NCBI GenBank assembly: GCA_030390025.1 | Contig: CM059432.1 | Coordinates: forward strand, 54,314,001-54,378,000 | Source of the DNA: Squalus acanthias | Taxonomy: Eukaryota | Length of the DNA: 64,000 nucleotides | Direction of reading: 5' to 3' | Shown here: in pieces, positions 38,255 to 50,392 of the stretch | How positions within the stretch are numbered: position 1 is the stretch's first letter | Layout: each line of letters opens with the position of its first letter | Notes under the pieces: generated by a model | Seen by the model: only the letters and a program-made list of their open reading frames with translations | Databases searched by the model: none | What the model was told of the DNA's origin: nothing | Translations under genes and position numbers: made by a program

Positions 38255-41200
38255 TAGAATCATAGAAATGTATGGCACAGAAGGAGGCCATTCGGCCCAT
38301 CAGGTCTGTGCCGGCCAACAAAGAGCTATCCAGCCTAATCCCACTTTCCAGCTCTTGGTCTGTAACCTTATAGGTTACACACTTCAAGTGCATATCCTTG
38401 TACTTTTTAAGTGTGATGAGGGTTTCTGCTTCTACTATTCTTTCAGGCAATTGAGTTCCAGACCTTCACCACCCTCTGGGCAAAAAATGTTCTCCTCAAC
38501 TCCCCTCTAATCCTTCTACCAATTACTTTGGCAGATGGAGTATAATGTGGGAAAATGTGAAGTTATCCACTTTGGTAGGAAGAATAGAAAAGAAAAAAAT
38601 TATTTAAATGGAGAAAGACTACAGAATGCGGCGGTACAGAGGGATCTGGGTGTCCTCGTACATGAAAACATGCAGGTGCAGCAGGTAATTAGGAAGGCAA
38701 ATGGAATGTTGGCCTTTATTTCAAGGGGGGATAGAGTATAAAAGTAGGGAAGTCTTGCTACAACTTTATAGGGTGCTGGTGAGACCACACCTAGAGTACT
38801 GCATGCAGTTTTGGTCACCTTATTTAAGGAGGGATATACTTGCATTGGAGGCAGTTCAGAGAAGGTTCACTAGGTTGATTCCTGGGATGGAAGGGTTGTC
38901 TTATGAGGAAAGGTTGAGCAGGTTGGGCCGATACTCATTGGAGTTTAGAAGAATGAGGGGTGATCTTATTGAAACATATAAGATTCTGAGAGGGTTGGAC
39001 AGAGTAGATGTGAGAGGATGTTTCCCTTCGTCAGGGAATCTAGAACGTGGGGTCATAGTCTCAGAATAAGGGGTTGCCCATTTAAGACGGAGATGAGGAG
39101 GAATTTCTTCTCTCAGAGGGTTGTGAATCTTTGGAATTCTTTACCCCAGAGAGCTGTGGAAGCTGAGTCATTGAATATATTCAAGGCTGAGATAGACAGA
39201 TTTTTGAGCAACAGGGGAGTCGAGGGTTATGGGGAACGGGCAGGAAAGTGGAATTGAGGCCAAAATCGGATCAGCCATGATCTCATTAAATGGCAGAGCA
39301 GGCTCAAGGGGCCGAATGGCCTGCTCCTGCTCCCGTTTACTATGTTCTTATGTTCTTATCTGCTGCTAAGGAAAGTAAGTCCTTCCTATCCACTCTATCT
39401 AGGCCCCTCATAATTTTACACACCTCAATCAAGTCTCCCCTCAGCTCCTCTGTTCCAAGGAAAGCAACCCCAGTCTATCCAATCCTTCCTCATAGCTAAA
39501 ATTCTCCAGTCCCGGCAACAGCCTCATAAATCTCCTCTGTATCCTCTCTCGTGCAATCACATCCTTCCTGTAATGTGGTGACCAGAACTGTACACAGTAC
39601 TCTAGCTGTGGCCTAACTAGTGTTTTATACAGTTCAAGCATAACCTCCCTACTCTTATATTCTATGCCTCAGCTAATAAAGGAAAGTATCCCGTATGCAT
39701 TCTTAAACATGTTATCTACCTGTCCTGTTACCTTCTGGGATCTGTGGACATGTACCCCAAGGTCCCTCCGTTTCTCTACACTGGTCAGTATCCTACCATT
39801 TAATGTGTATTCCCTTGCCTTGTTAGCCCTCCTCAAATGCATTACCTCACACTTCTCCAGATTGAATTCCATTTGCCACTTTTCTTCCCACCTGACCGGT
39901 CCATTGACATCTTCTTGCAGTCTACAGCTTTCTTCCTCACTATCAACCACACGGCCAACTTTTGTATCATCTGCAAACTTCTTAATCATGCCGCCTACAT
40001 TGAAGTCTAAATCATTGACATGTGCCACAAAAAGCAAGGGGCCTAGTATTGAGCTTTGTGGAAGACAACCTTCCAGTCATAAAAACACCCATTGATCATT
40101 ACCCTTTGCTTCCTGCCACTGAGTCAATTTTGGATCCAACTTGCCACTTTCCCTTGGATCCCATGGGCTTTTACTTTTCTGACCAGTCTTCCATGTGGGA
40201 CCTTGTCAAAGGCTTACTAAAATCAATGTAAACTACATCAAACGCACTATCGTCGACCGTCCTTGTTACCTCCTCAAAAAAATTCAATCAAGTTAGTCAG
40301 ACACGACCTTCCCTTAACAAATCCATGCTCACTGTCCTTGATTAATCCATGCCTTTCTAGATGATTAATACTGTCCCTTAGAATTTTTTCCAATAATTTG
40401 CCCACCACCAAGGTTAGGCTGACTGGCCTGTAATTACTCGGTCTTTCCTTTTCTCCCTTTTAAGTAACAGTACGATGTTAGCAGTCCTCCAGTCCTCTGG
40501 CACCACACCTGTAGCCAAGGAGGATTGGAAAATGATGGTCAGAACCTCCATTATTTCCTCTCTTGCTTCTCTTAACAGCCTGGGATACATTTCAACTGGG
40601 CCTGGCGATTTATTTACTTTCAATGATGCTAAACCCCTTAATATTTCCTCTCTCACTATGCTTATCTCATCTAATATTTCACACTCCTCCTCCTTAACTA
40701 CAATGTCTGCATCGTCCCTCTCTTTTGTGAAAACAGAAGCAAAGTATTCATTAAGAACCATACCCACATCGTCTGCCCCCACACACAGGTTACCTTCTTG
40801 GTCTCTAAAGGCCCTACTCTTTCTTTAGTTATCCTCTTGCTCTTTATGTATTTATAAAACATCTTTGGGTTTTCCTTGATTTTACTTGCCAATATTTTTT
40901 CATGGCCATCTCTTTGCTTTCCTAATTTCCTTTTAAATTTCACCCATGCACTTTCTATACTCCTCTAGGCTTTCTGCAGTATTTAGCTCTCGGTATCTGA
41001 CATAAGCTTTCCTTCCTTGCCTTATCCTACCCTGTATGCCCCTTGAGATCCAGGGGGCTTTAATTTTGAGAGTCCCACCCTTTTCTTTGTGGGAACATAT
41101 TTGCTCTGAAACCTCACTATCTCCTCCTTGAATGCCTCCCACTGCTTTGACACTGATTTATCTTCATGTAGCTGTTTCCAGTCCACTTTTGCTAAATCAC

Positions 41201-42770
41201 ATCTCAGCTTAGTAAAATTTCTCCAGTAAAATTGGCCTTTCCCCAATCAAGAACTTCTACTCCTGGTCTATCTTTGTTCTTATGCTAAATCTAACTGAAA
41301 TTATAACCACTACCACTAAAATGCTCTCCCACTGATACCCTTTCCACCTGCCCAGCTTCATTCCCTAAAACTAAGTCCAGACCACCCCCTTCTCTTGTTG
41401 GGCTTGCTACGTACTGGCTAAGAAAGTTCTCCTGAATTCATTTTAAGAATTCTACACCCTCTATACCTTTTACACTGATTCTATCCCAGTTAATGTTAGG
41501 GTAGTTGAAATCCCCTGCTATTACTGCCCTATTGTTTTTGCACTTCTCAGAAACTTGCCGACATATTTGCTCTTCTATCTGCCTCTGACTATTTGGGGGT
41601 CTAGAGTACACTCCCAGCAGTGTGATTGTCCTTTTTTTGTTCTTCGTTTCAATCCATATGTCCTCATTTGATGATCCTTCTAACGTATCATCCCTCCTCA
41701 CAGATGTAATTGTTTCTTTAACCAATACTGCGACCCCCCTTCTTTTTTTATCTCCCTCTCTGTCTCGTCTGAAAACCCTGTAACCAGGAATATTGAGCTG
41801 CCATTCCTGCCCTTCTTTCAGCCATGTTTCAGTAATAGCTATGATATCATACGTGTCTATCTGTGCCTTCAGCTAATCTGCCTTATTCACCAGACTCCTT
41901 GCATTGAAGTCTATACCATTAAACACTGCCAAACCCCTTTGTTGTCCATTTTCTAGCCTTTGTTTCCTCTGCCTTCCAAACTCACTTACTAATTTTCTGC
42001 CTTCCATTTCCAGCTTTTCTTCTCTCCCCTATGCTGAGATTCCCATCCCCCTGCCAAGCTAGTTTAAACCCTCCCCAACAGCACTGGCAACGCCCCAACA
42101 CCCTGCCCCCTGCGAGGATATGGGTCCCGGCCCCATCGAGGTGCAACTATTCTTGCCTGTACAGGCCCCACCTCTCCCAGAACCAGTCTCAATGCCTCAG
42201 GAATCTAAAGCCCTCCCTCCTGCACCATCTCTCCAGCCACGCATTCATCTGCTCTAACCTCCTATTTCTGTACTCAGTAACACATGGCACTGGGAGTAAT
42301 TTGGAGATTACGACCTTTGAGGTCCTGTTTATTAATCTATTTCCTAGCTCTCTAAAATCTGCCTGCAGGACCTCATCCCTCTTTCTACCTCTGTCATTGG
42401 TACCGATATGAACCACGGCTGTTCTGCAGCCGCTCAGTGACATCCTTGACCCTTGCAGCAGGCAACATATCATCCTGGAGTCATGTCTGCGGCTGCAGAA
42501 ACGCCTGTCTGTTCCCCTAACTATTGAATCCCCTATCACAAATGCTTTTCTGACCTTCCTCCTTCCGCCCCTCCCTCCCCCCCACCCCCATATAGCTGAG
42601 CCACCCATGGTGCTGTGGACTTGGCTCTGGCTGTACTCCGCAGAAGAACCATCACCTTCACCAGTATTTAAATACCAGTTAGAGAGCGAGATGCACTCAG
42701 GAGACTCCTGCACGACCTGCCTGGTCCTCCTTGTCTGTCTGGCAATCACGCATTCCCTCTTGTTAAGCAA
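38255..42770 (-). mobile_element. Near full-length decayed CR1 (ORF1 esterase, endonuclease, RT)
   Basis: VIGDSIVRG..HIGTND..WCRREGFRFL (ORF1); GDFNYP; KFADDTKVG; tail at 38256-38268. Confidence 0.93.
38530..39360 (+). mobile_element. CR1 3' fragment nested in the opposite orientation inside the minus-strand CR1
   Basis: ORFs 38535-39257; ttcttatgttcttat tail. Confidence 0.9.
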
Positions 42771-42982
42771 CCTCCTTTCTCCTCTGGTTCATAACAATGC
42801 GTTTTGAGTAAGCATGAAACTTCGTATGGAGTATACGGAACAGACTTTATTGATACACTGCCACTTCTCTTCTAGGAATGCCCACCTTGAAGAAGTTCTG
42901 CTCTTCTCTCCGACAGGATTTTCGTTTGTCGACGTTAACTCTGTTTCTCTCTCCACGGATGCTGCCTGGCCTGCTTCTTGTT

Positions 42983-43077
42983 GAGAGGTCGCACAACACC
43001 AGGTTATAGTCCAACAGTTTTATTTGAAATCACAAGCTTTCGGAGCTATCGATTTGCTCCTTCCTCAGGTGAAGTAA
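42983..43077 (-). mobile_element. 95-bp solo Penelope terminal segment with an 11-bp TSD
   Basis: Near-identical to 62491-62579; flanked by tgcttcttgtt at 42972-42982 and 43078-43088. Confidence 0.9.
43030..43072 (-). ncRNA. Minimal type I hammerhead ribozyme motif
   Basis: Minus strand: ucac-CUGAGGA-a-ggagc-aaaucgaua-gcucc-GAAA-gc-UU-guga; 4-bp stem I, 5-bp stem II, AAGCUU palindrome in place of stem III. Confidence 0.8.
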
Positions 43078-43624
43078 TGCTTCTTGTTTCCAGCATTTTC
43101 TGTTATTTCAGATTTCCAGCATCCGCAGTATTTTGCTATTGTATTAGTGTTGAAAGCCATGCTCCTTTATACACCATATTTTGACTACAACAAAGGAAAA
43201 TGTCAAAATGATGTATCTATTTCCCAAATCCTCTAAAAGCAGATTATCTATATAAATAGTTTGCAATTGTTTACCTCAGAACCATTTCCCCAACACAAGA
43301 CTTCCTGACGTAACATTTTCTAGCATCTTTGACCAATTGTTATCTGTATCTAATGGATACCTACTTCCCATGTTTATTACCCTAAACTAAACATTCACTA
43401 TTCATGGGTGATGTTATCACTAACACTTATTCCCTTACTCAAGCACTTTACATTTCAGAAAACAAGCAATACCTTCTCCTCAGACACTTCAATGTCATCC
43501 TGTTTATATCTTGGTAAGCCTGACAAGGCATTCTTTTACGACACTTCCAGGAAAACCTGTTTAACAAAAAAGTTCGACTGTTAAACTTTTAACCCCCCCC
43601 AAGATGTCCAATATACATCTCTCC

Positions 43625-43900
43625 AGGATGTCTAACACCTCTCTGCCTGCAAACTCTTAAGCTGCGGGGTGACCACCTCCTGAAACGTGCTATTCACGTA
43701 GCTGTCAGCCTTGCGGATGCACTGCAGTGATGCCAGCCGCTGCTCAAGCTCCGAAACCCAGAGCTCGAGCTCCTCCAGCTGATGACATTTCCTGCACAAG
43801 AAGCATCCTGGACTTCCCATATGGCACAAGATGTGCATTCGATGGGGCTGAGGTGCCCTGCCATGCCTCTAATTATTAGACTACAAACTAAACTTCTTAG
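43625..43900 (-). mobile_element. CR1 ORF1 N-terminal fragment (Cys motif and leucine zipper)
   Basis: C..C..LCRKCHQLEELELWVSELEQRLASL..FQEVVTP. Confidence 0.75.
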
Positions 43901-43986
43901 TTTAACCCACTGCCCTAACTTAGAGAGAAAAAAGACAAAATGATTTACTCAAGTTGAACAAGAACCACTGAGATGCTAAACACAAA

Positions 43987-44884
43987 GGGGGAAAATTCAG
44001 TTGCTGGCGCCTCCCATTAGTGCCTTAAGAGGGCGCTAATGGGGCGCAAAGCAACTAGCACCCGGGCGCGGCGATGTTTGCGCTGCTCGTGAAATTAACT
44101 AGACATTTTGCGGCGGCGGTAAACAGAACCGCCACGATCTCCTGCACTGGCAGATCGTGACATCAGTCGAGTGCGCAACGCCCCGGTAGCGCCCCTGAGC
44201 GGATATTGAGTGGCGCCCCCTGCCTTACCACCTGCCGCTAGCAGCGACAGGTTGAGGGGAGCATTTTGCAGTCAGGAAGGGACTGGGGGAGTGCTATTTA
44301 AAGGCGACCGCTTCCTGCCTTTTTTTGTTGCCGACATTTTTGAACCACGCATTCTGAGAGAGAGAGAGAGAGAGAGAGAGACTTCTGGAGAGATTCAATG
44401 CTGAGTGAAGGAGTTTTGGGTACTGAGCAGCACTTTGCAGGTTCATTTTGATTTGCCCTTCCTTGTATTGATTTAGAAGAGACTGTTGGGGCTGCACGGA
44501 GCTCTTTCCCGGGGCCTCTCCATTGTTATTTCCAGCAGATTTGATGTACAGGTCTCTCCAGGCCGAGATTCAAGGCTGCAATGAGCAGGATGTGGATGGA
44601 AAGCAAGATTAACCCGCCCCTTTAAGAACTGGCCGGGGCCATTGTGTCTGTGTTCCATTGCTGACTGACATCACATGAGCTACGCCAGCGCTTTGAGTTA
44701 TCGCCTCACTCCTCGGCCTTTGCGCCTTAAGACAGATGTGTAGCGCCTGATTTAGCGCTCCAATCACCTCCAGGGACGATAAAAGTCAAGTTTGCAGTCG
44801 GAGGCGATAATTAGCGCCAGGCGCTAATCTTTGCGCCCGGCCAATAATTGCGCCCCAAACGGGACGATACTGAATTTTTCCCCC
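43987..44884. mobile_element. Harbinger-type MITE
   Basis: TIR gggggaaaattcag / ctgaatttttccccc; AAA TSD; internal (GA)n. Confidence 0.9.
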
Positions 44885-44989
44885 AAAGAACATAAATATT
44901 AGATATCTAGATACTTAACCTAGAATTCGCGGGTTCTGTGGCTCCACTCCACCTCTTGAGTTGGATGAGAAACCGGTTTCCTCCTCGCC

Positions 44990-45755
44990 ACCAAATTCCT
45001 ACCATCATCAACTTCTTCCACGCTGCTTGCAACCCACTCCGATTGCGGTTCACCCACCTTTGTCTCCAAGCTCTGTGCTCAAGCTCTTGGGCACAAAGTT
45101 GAAATGAGAGCCACCACAAAACAAACATTCCAAAAATAATTTATAAATGAATCAATCCAAAACTACAGAACGAAGTCGAGTAATCACCCTTGGGCATTCC
45201 CTTAGTGTCGGTCTTTCATATTCCTTTGCCTACTCTAGTGCTCCTATGCAGTGCTACCCCAGTGGCTGCAGCATGGCTGGTGGAAGGCTTCTGAATTTTC
45301 CGGGGGGGAAACTGTTGATGGCCTTGCATGACGACCTCGAGGAGCTCTGGGCCTAGAAGGCCTGGCTGTAAACTGGATTACCTCAGCCTGGGCAGCAGCA
45401 GTCTGGGCTGGCTGGCTGACAACCAGCAGCAAGGGCACTGGCGGAGTGGTAGGGGTGGGAGTATGAATGCAGTCATCCTCAGAGCCACTGCCACTCCTCT
45501 AGGGAGTGGCCCGCAGCATTCCTAGCCATCTGTGGGAGGACAAATTTCTGGACTGCTGTGAGACCATGCAAGCCCCTTTCTACACTCGTAAACCCAGCCA
45601 CGATGGCATCAGTCTGAGCTTGCGTGGCAGCAAGCTGAGACTGCATGAGACCAATCTGAGCTTGTATGGCAGCAAGCTGAGTCTGCACCAGGGCCGTCTG
45701 AGCTTCCAGTGCAGCACTGAGATGTTGGATCGCTTCCGCTTGTGCTGCAATGTAA
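44990..45755 (-). pseudogene. Harbinger Myb-like gene exon 3 fragment plus intergenic junction
   Basis: MQTQLAAIQAQ..TSVERGLHGLTAVQ and LLVVSQPAQTAA match 13850-14400. Confidence 0.85.
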
Positions 45756-46137
45756 TCATAGAATCATAGAAGGAGGCCATTCGGCCGTCGAGCCTGTGCT
45801 GGCTCTCTGCAAGAGCACTTCAGCTAGTCCCACTCCCCTACCCTTTCCTCATAGCCCTGCAATTTTTTTTCCTTCAGGTACTTATCCAATTCCCTTTTGA
45901 AAGCCACGATTGAGTCTGCCTCCACCACCCTTTCAGGCAGTGCATTCCAGATCCTAACGACTCGCTGCGTAAAAAAGTTTTTCCTCATGTCGCCTTTGGT
46001 TCTTCTGCCAATCACCTTAAATCTGTGTCCTCTGGTTCTCGACCCTTCTGCCAATGGGAACAGTTTCTCACAGTTTCTCTCTATCTACTCTGTCTAGACC
46101 CCTCATGATTTTGAATACCTCGATCAAATCTCCTCTC
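45756..46137 (-). mobile_element. CR1 3' fragment
   Basis: ORF 45824..46054; tail reads tcatagaatcatagaa on +. Confidence 0.9.
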
Positions 46138-46558
46138 TGGAAAAACTGGGGCTGTTCTCCTTAGAGCAGAGAAGATTGAGAGGAAATTTGATAGAGGTGT
46201 TCAAATTCATGAGGGGTCTAGACAGAGTAGATAGAGAGAAACTGTTCCCATTAGCGGAAGGGTCGAAAACCAAAGGGCACAGATTTAAGGTGATTGGCAA
46301 AAGAACCAAAGGCAACATGAGGAAAAAATGTTTTAGTAGCGAGTGATTAGGATCTGGAATGTACTGCCTGAAAGGGTGGTGGAGGCAGATTCAATCGTGG
46401 CTTTCAAAAGGGAATTGGATAAGTACCTGAAGGAAAAGAATTTGCAGGGCTATGGGGAATGGGCGGGGGAGTGAGACTAGCTGAAGTGCTCTTGCAGAGA
46501 GCCTCCCTGGATCGGAATGGCTTCCTTCTGTGCTGTAACCATGCTATGATTCTATGAT
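46138..46558 (+). mobile_element. CR1 3' fragment of the same subfamily, directly adjoining in the opposite orientation
   Basis: LEKLGLFSLEQRRLRG..; gctatgattctatgatt tail. Confidence 0.9.
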
Positions 46559-46747
46559 TTGAGACAGTTTTAGGTAGAAATGCACTTATAGCTGTTATTG
46601 TTCCAGGATCCAAATTAATGCCTTGAGGAGAAATAGTATGTGCTTTTTTAAGTTCTTAAGAACCTATAAAATTGACATTAACTTTTGTATGGTGACGTTG
46701 AAGTCGATGTACGGGTGTAGGCAATGTAAGTACTTCACTCATTTGCA

Positions 46748-47050
46748 TCTCAGGGTAATAGGTTGGCCATTTAGGCCTGAGATGAGGAGAAATTTCTTCA
46801 CTCAAAGGGTTGTAAATCTTTTGAATTCTCTACCCCAGAGGGCTGTGGATGCTTAGTTGTTGAGTATATTCAAGACTGAGATCAATAGATTTTTGGACAC
46901 CAAGTGAATCAAGGGATATGGCTCTAGGGCAGGAAAGTGGAGTTGAGGAAGAAGATCAGCCATGATCTTATTGAATGGTGGAGCAGGCTCGAGGGTCCGT
47001 ATGACCTACGCCTGATCCTATTTCTTATGTTCTTATTTCTTATGTTCTTA
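46748..47050 (+). mobile_element. CR1 3' fragment
   Basis: EMRRNFFTQRVVNL; ttcttatg tail. Confidence 0.9.
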
Positions 47051-47224
47051 TATAACATCCTCTGTGGCTCAGAATGCAGGATGATGAAGGAATGATATGC
47101 CATAAACTGATTTGTCTTGTAAATTTGAAGGACAGACAGCACCATATTGAAATATGTTCTAAATTCAACTTAAGCTATTGAACCTCTTTCAGCCATTTTT
47201 TTTGGCAATTCCCAAACCATGCTC

Positions 47225-47350
47225 TTAAGATTCCCCAGAGAGTCTCCCAGTCTCCTACTTAACACCACTGGAACCTGCAAAAGCCGATCTGCCAACTTCC
47301 AGCAGAGTGATCGTGGGAGACTGGGAGAACCCCTGCAGAATTTCAGGGCC
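47225..47350. mobile_element. Short old MITE, related to the one at about 52755-52900
   Basis: 12-bp inverted repeat ctcccagtctcc / ggagactgggag. Confidence 0.5.
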
Positions 47351-47619
47351 CGTGGCTTTTAGTTGCTATGGATCTACATTCACCAAAAGCAGCAGTAAAG
47401 CATGACTATTTCCATGTCAACAGGTTTCATATGGCTGAATAGGAGAGGTGTTTGTTGTGACCTTCTGAGGCAGCATTTGATTGGAGAAGAAAATAGAGGA
47501 ACAGTTAGGTAGCACAAGGGTTTTCCCAAATCGCTTTGCAGCAATTCTGCAATAAAGGAAAATAATAAATAAGTGTTTTCAGAAATGCCACAGTTTCAGC
47601 AGTAGCAGCAGCAACAACA

Positions 47620-48440
47620 ACATGAATTTAAATAAGGCCTTTAACGTAAAAAAAAGTCCCAAGGTGCTTCACAATAATCAAAAACAATAGACGCCAAAGG
47701 AGATATTGGCAGGATTAACCAAAAGCTTGCTCAAAGAGATGGGTTTTAAGGAGGAGAGGGAGGTAAAGAGGCAGAGGGCTTAGACAACTGAAGGCATGAC
47801 CGCCAATAGTGTGAGGAAGGGAAGGGGATGCATCAGAGTTGGAGGAACGCAGAGTTCTGGAGGAGTTGTAGGGCTAGAGGATGTTACAGAGATAGGGAGG
47901 AGTGAGGCCATGAAAGGGTTTAAATACAATGATGGGAATATTAAATTGGAGGCTTTGGGGGACCAGGAACTAATGTAGGTCAGCAAGGTCAGGAGTAATG
48001 GATGAGCTGGACTTGGTGTGGGGTATAAGTGGTCCAGGATGGGTTTTTTGAGGAGGGGCTGATGATACTGGTTTTGAATGAGAAGAGAACAGTACCTGAG
48101 GAAATGGAACCATTTACAATGTCAGCTAGCTTAGGGGCCAGGCAAGGAAGTTGCGTGGTCACCAGTTTAGTGAGAATGGGGTCAAGGGAGCAGAAGGTAA
48201 GTCTCATGGACGAGATTGGAAGGGGGTAGGGGAATGTGGGTGGTCAGAGATGGCCTTATCTGTGATCAAGACCACAGGAGTTGAGAGGCCATGTGAGATG
48301 GCAAGGTTGAAAGGGTGGTTGTGAATATGGTTAAGAGAGTTTATATGGAGTTAAAAGTTGAGGGAATGCAGGAGGGCAGTGAAATCAGAGAAAAGAGGAC
48401 AAGATGAGTTGAGATGGAGATTAAAATGACTGAGGATGCA
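47620..48440 (-). mobile_element. Degraded L2 LINE fragments
   Basis: CSLDPI.TKL..LAP.LADIVNGS.SSG..FKT.II; 3' part similar to 24742-25200. Confidence 0.75.
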
Positions 48441-48713
48441 AACTTATTCACTGATTGTGTTTTTGCTCTGCATGCAAACTTCATCTACACATTTTAAATG
48501 CATTAAAATTTTTATCTAAATTTGCTGATACTAACCCATTGTTTGACACATCGGTAACCAAGCTTTTTATCTGGTTCATATTTCTAAAATTTCAATGATC
48601 AATTTGGAACATTCTGCATTGTTAATTCAATGCAAGTTTAATACATTTCAAGAGACCTTAATTGCACATTAGGAAAAAATAATTCCCTCAACCTTTTTCT
48701 GGGAAAAGGCATG

Positions 48714-49322
48714 GGGGCAGGAAAATTGGCTTGCGCCCCCTTTGGGGCGGTAACTTCGCCAGGGCGCAACTTTTAGTGCCCCGAAATAAATTAGCACCCC
48801 TGCACCCTAAATTCAATGGTATCGCCCCAAGCAGGAGGCAGGGCGCTACTGGAAGCGCTCCCCCTCCCTCTTGGGGCGCTCCCATTAAATATCGCGGCGC
48901 TATGTGCAGTAGTGCCACGCGTGCCGGCACGTAGCCCCACAGGTACTGCAGGCCTCACTCTCCTGATTAAAGGTGAGGGGCCTAGCGCAGTGTGCACCCG
49001 GGCCCAGCTGGACCACCGGGGAGCGGGGTGCCGGCAAAAGAGCCCGGCTCTCAAGAGGAGTGCAGGGCTGCCCGATAGCGGCTGGCACCCCACCTAAGGA
49101 GGTGAGAGGGGGCAGGTGCTGGTAGGCGGCCCCAAAAAAATGGCCGCCCGGCACCTGTCTTTTAATTATCGCCGCCCCGGCCGCAAAAACGCCCTCCTGA
49201 CCCTGTCGAACAAGGCGTCCGGCGGTAGGTCAGGGGGTGCGAGCCAAGTTTGTGGCCGGGGCGCGAGTGGGGTGCTGCGCACAGCAATGACGGGAGGCGC
49301 AAAGCAACCAAATATTTTCCCA
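48714..49322. mobile_element. GC-rich Harbinger-type MITE
   Basis: Ends ggggcaggaaaattgg..gcgcc / ggcgc..ccaaatattttccca; ATG on both flanks. Confidence 0.75.
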
Positions 49323-49438
49323 ATGATATTTTTGGCTCTGTATTTACCTTATTAGTGTATAATTGAGTTAGCAACGCTTTGATCAGATTCAGATACTTTT
49401 GGCTCAACCCCTTCCTCTGCCCCAATCCAATCCATATT

Positions 49439-50130
49439 GGTCTGGATTTTGCTCTAAAAATCATGGTGAGGCTAACAGCATTCACTGTTGTTTATGTGTA
49501 AATTGGACAGCAACTCCCAACTACCGCACATGCACAGTTAAACAAGGAAATCCAGAAATTTCTGTCTGAGATGCCCTGCTCCTCCAAAAGCGTCCTGTAA
49601 ATAGCATCCCGCCATCTGACTCACCATTCAAATGTATTGAACGGCATGAAGTTCCTGTACTTTCCTCTTTGATACGGACTAAGCTCCCCAAAAATAGTTA
49701 GGGCTTGTTCATTCCAGTCTAAGTACGTTTTTAATGGTGTGGGAAGTATTAATTACTACCAAACAACCTCTCTAGCTCTGAAGTTTAACTTTTACAAGCG
49801 TGGAATCCCAATTCTTTAGCATTTAATTATTGCTGAAGATTTTTAAAAATTTAAATACCTTTTATTTTTTACTTTTCTTTCTGACTCTTTTATCTCACTC
49901 TCTTAATCCAATTGTATTTTCCCTTTATTTCGCATTCTGTACCTGATTTGACATTGTTCAATGTACCAACTGACATATCCTGGTTTTAGGTGGCCCCCTC
50001 CCAGATGCCCAAAAATCATCCGAGGCCAATATGACGTAGGATGTTTTTCAGGCATAGTGCTGATAAATTAGTAACTTTCCCCCCATTTTCCACCTGGATA
50101 ACAAGCACAATGATGACCAATATCTACCCC
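49439..50130. mobile_element. Older Harbinger-type MITE
   Basis: Degenerate TIR ggtctggattttg / caatatctacccc; ATT TSD. Confidence 0.6.
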
Positions 50131-50392
50131 ATTGAGCCCAATGCAGGCAGCATGTAAACTTTGTGCTGCCTGGTAATTAACCTGATTGCAGCGTTGAGGT
50201 AGTGCTAAATGTGCTGTTCAGTGGATGAGCATCTCAGCTGGGGGCCCAAGTTCGTGCAAGGCTAGCACCATTTAAAGGTAGCCTGCACTACTAAAAGCCA
50301 GCCTGCACCTCTTAAAGGGGATGTGCATGTTGGCTGTAGTAGGTGCTGGAAGTGACTGAGGAAGAGAGCCTGACCTGCAAGAACAGTGAATT

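Larger units (their letters stand above)
42925..43145 (+). mobile_element. Short repeat of the same family as 56434-56567, interrupted by the 95-bp insertion
   Basis: acgttaactctgtttctctctccacggatgctgcctg..tttccagcattttctg..tttcagatttccagcatcc. Confidence 0.8.

Noticed and set aside
48714..49322. CpG island or promoter with overlapping ORFs
   Set aside because: The GC-rich block is bounded by TIRs and a TSD, so it is a MITE; the same applies to 43987-44884 and 54550-55264.
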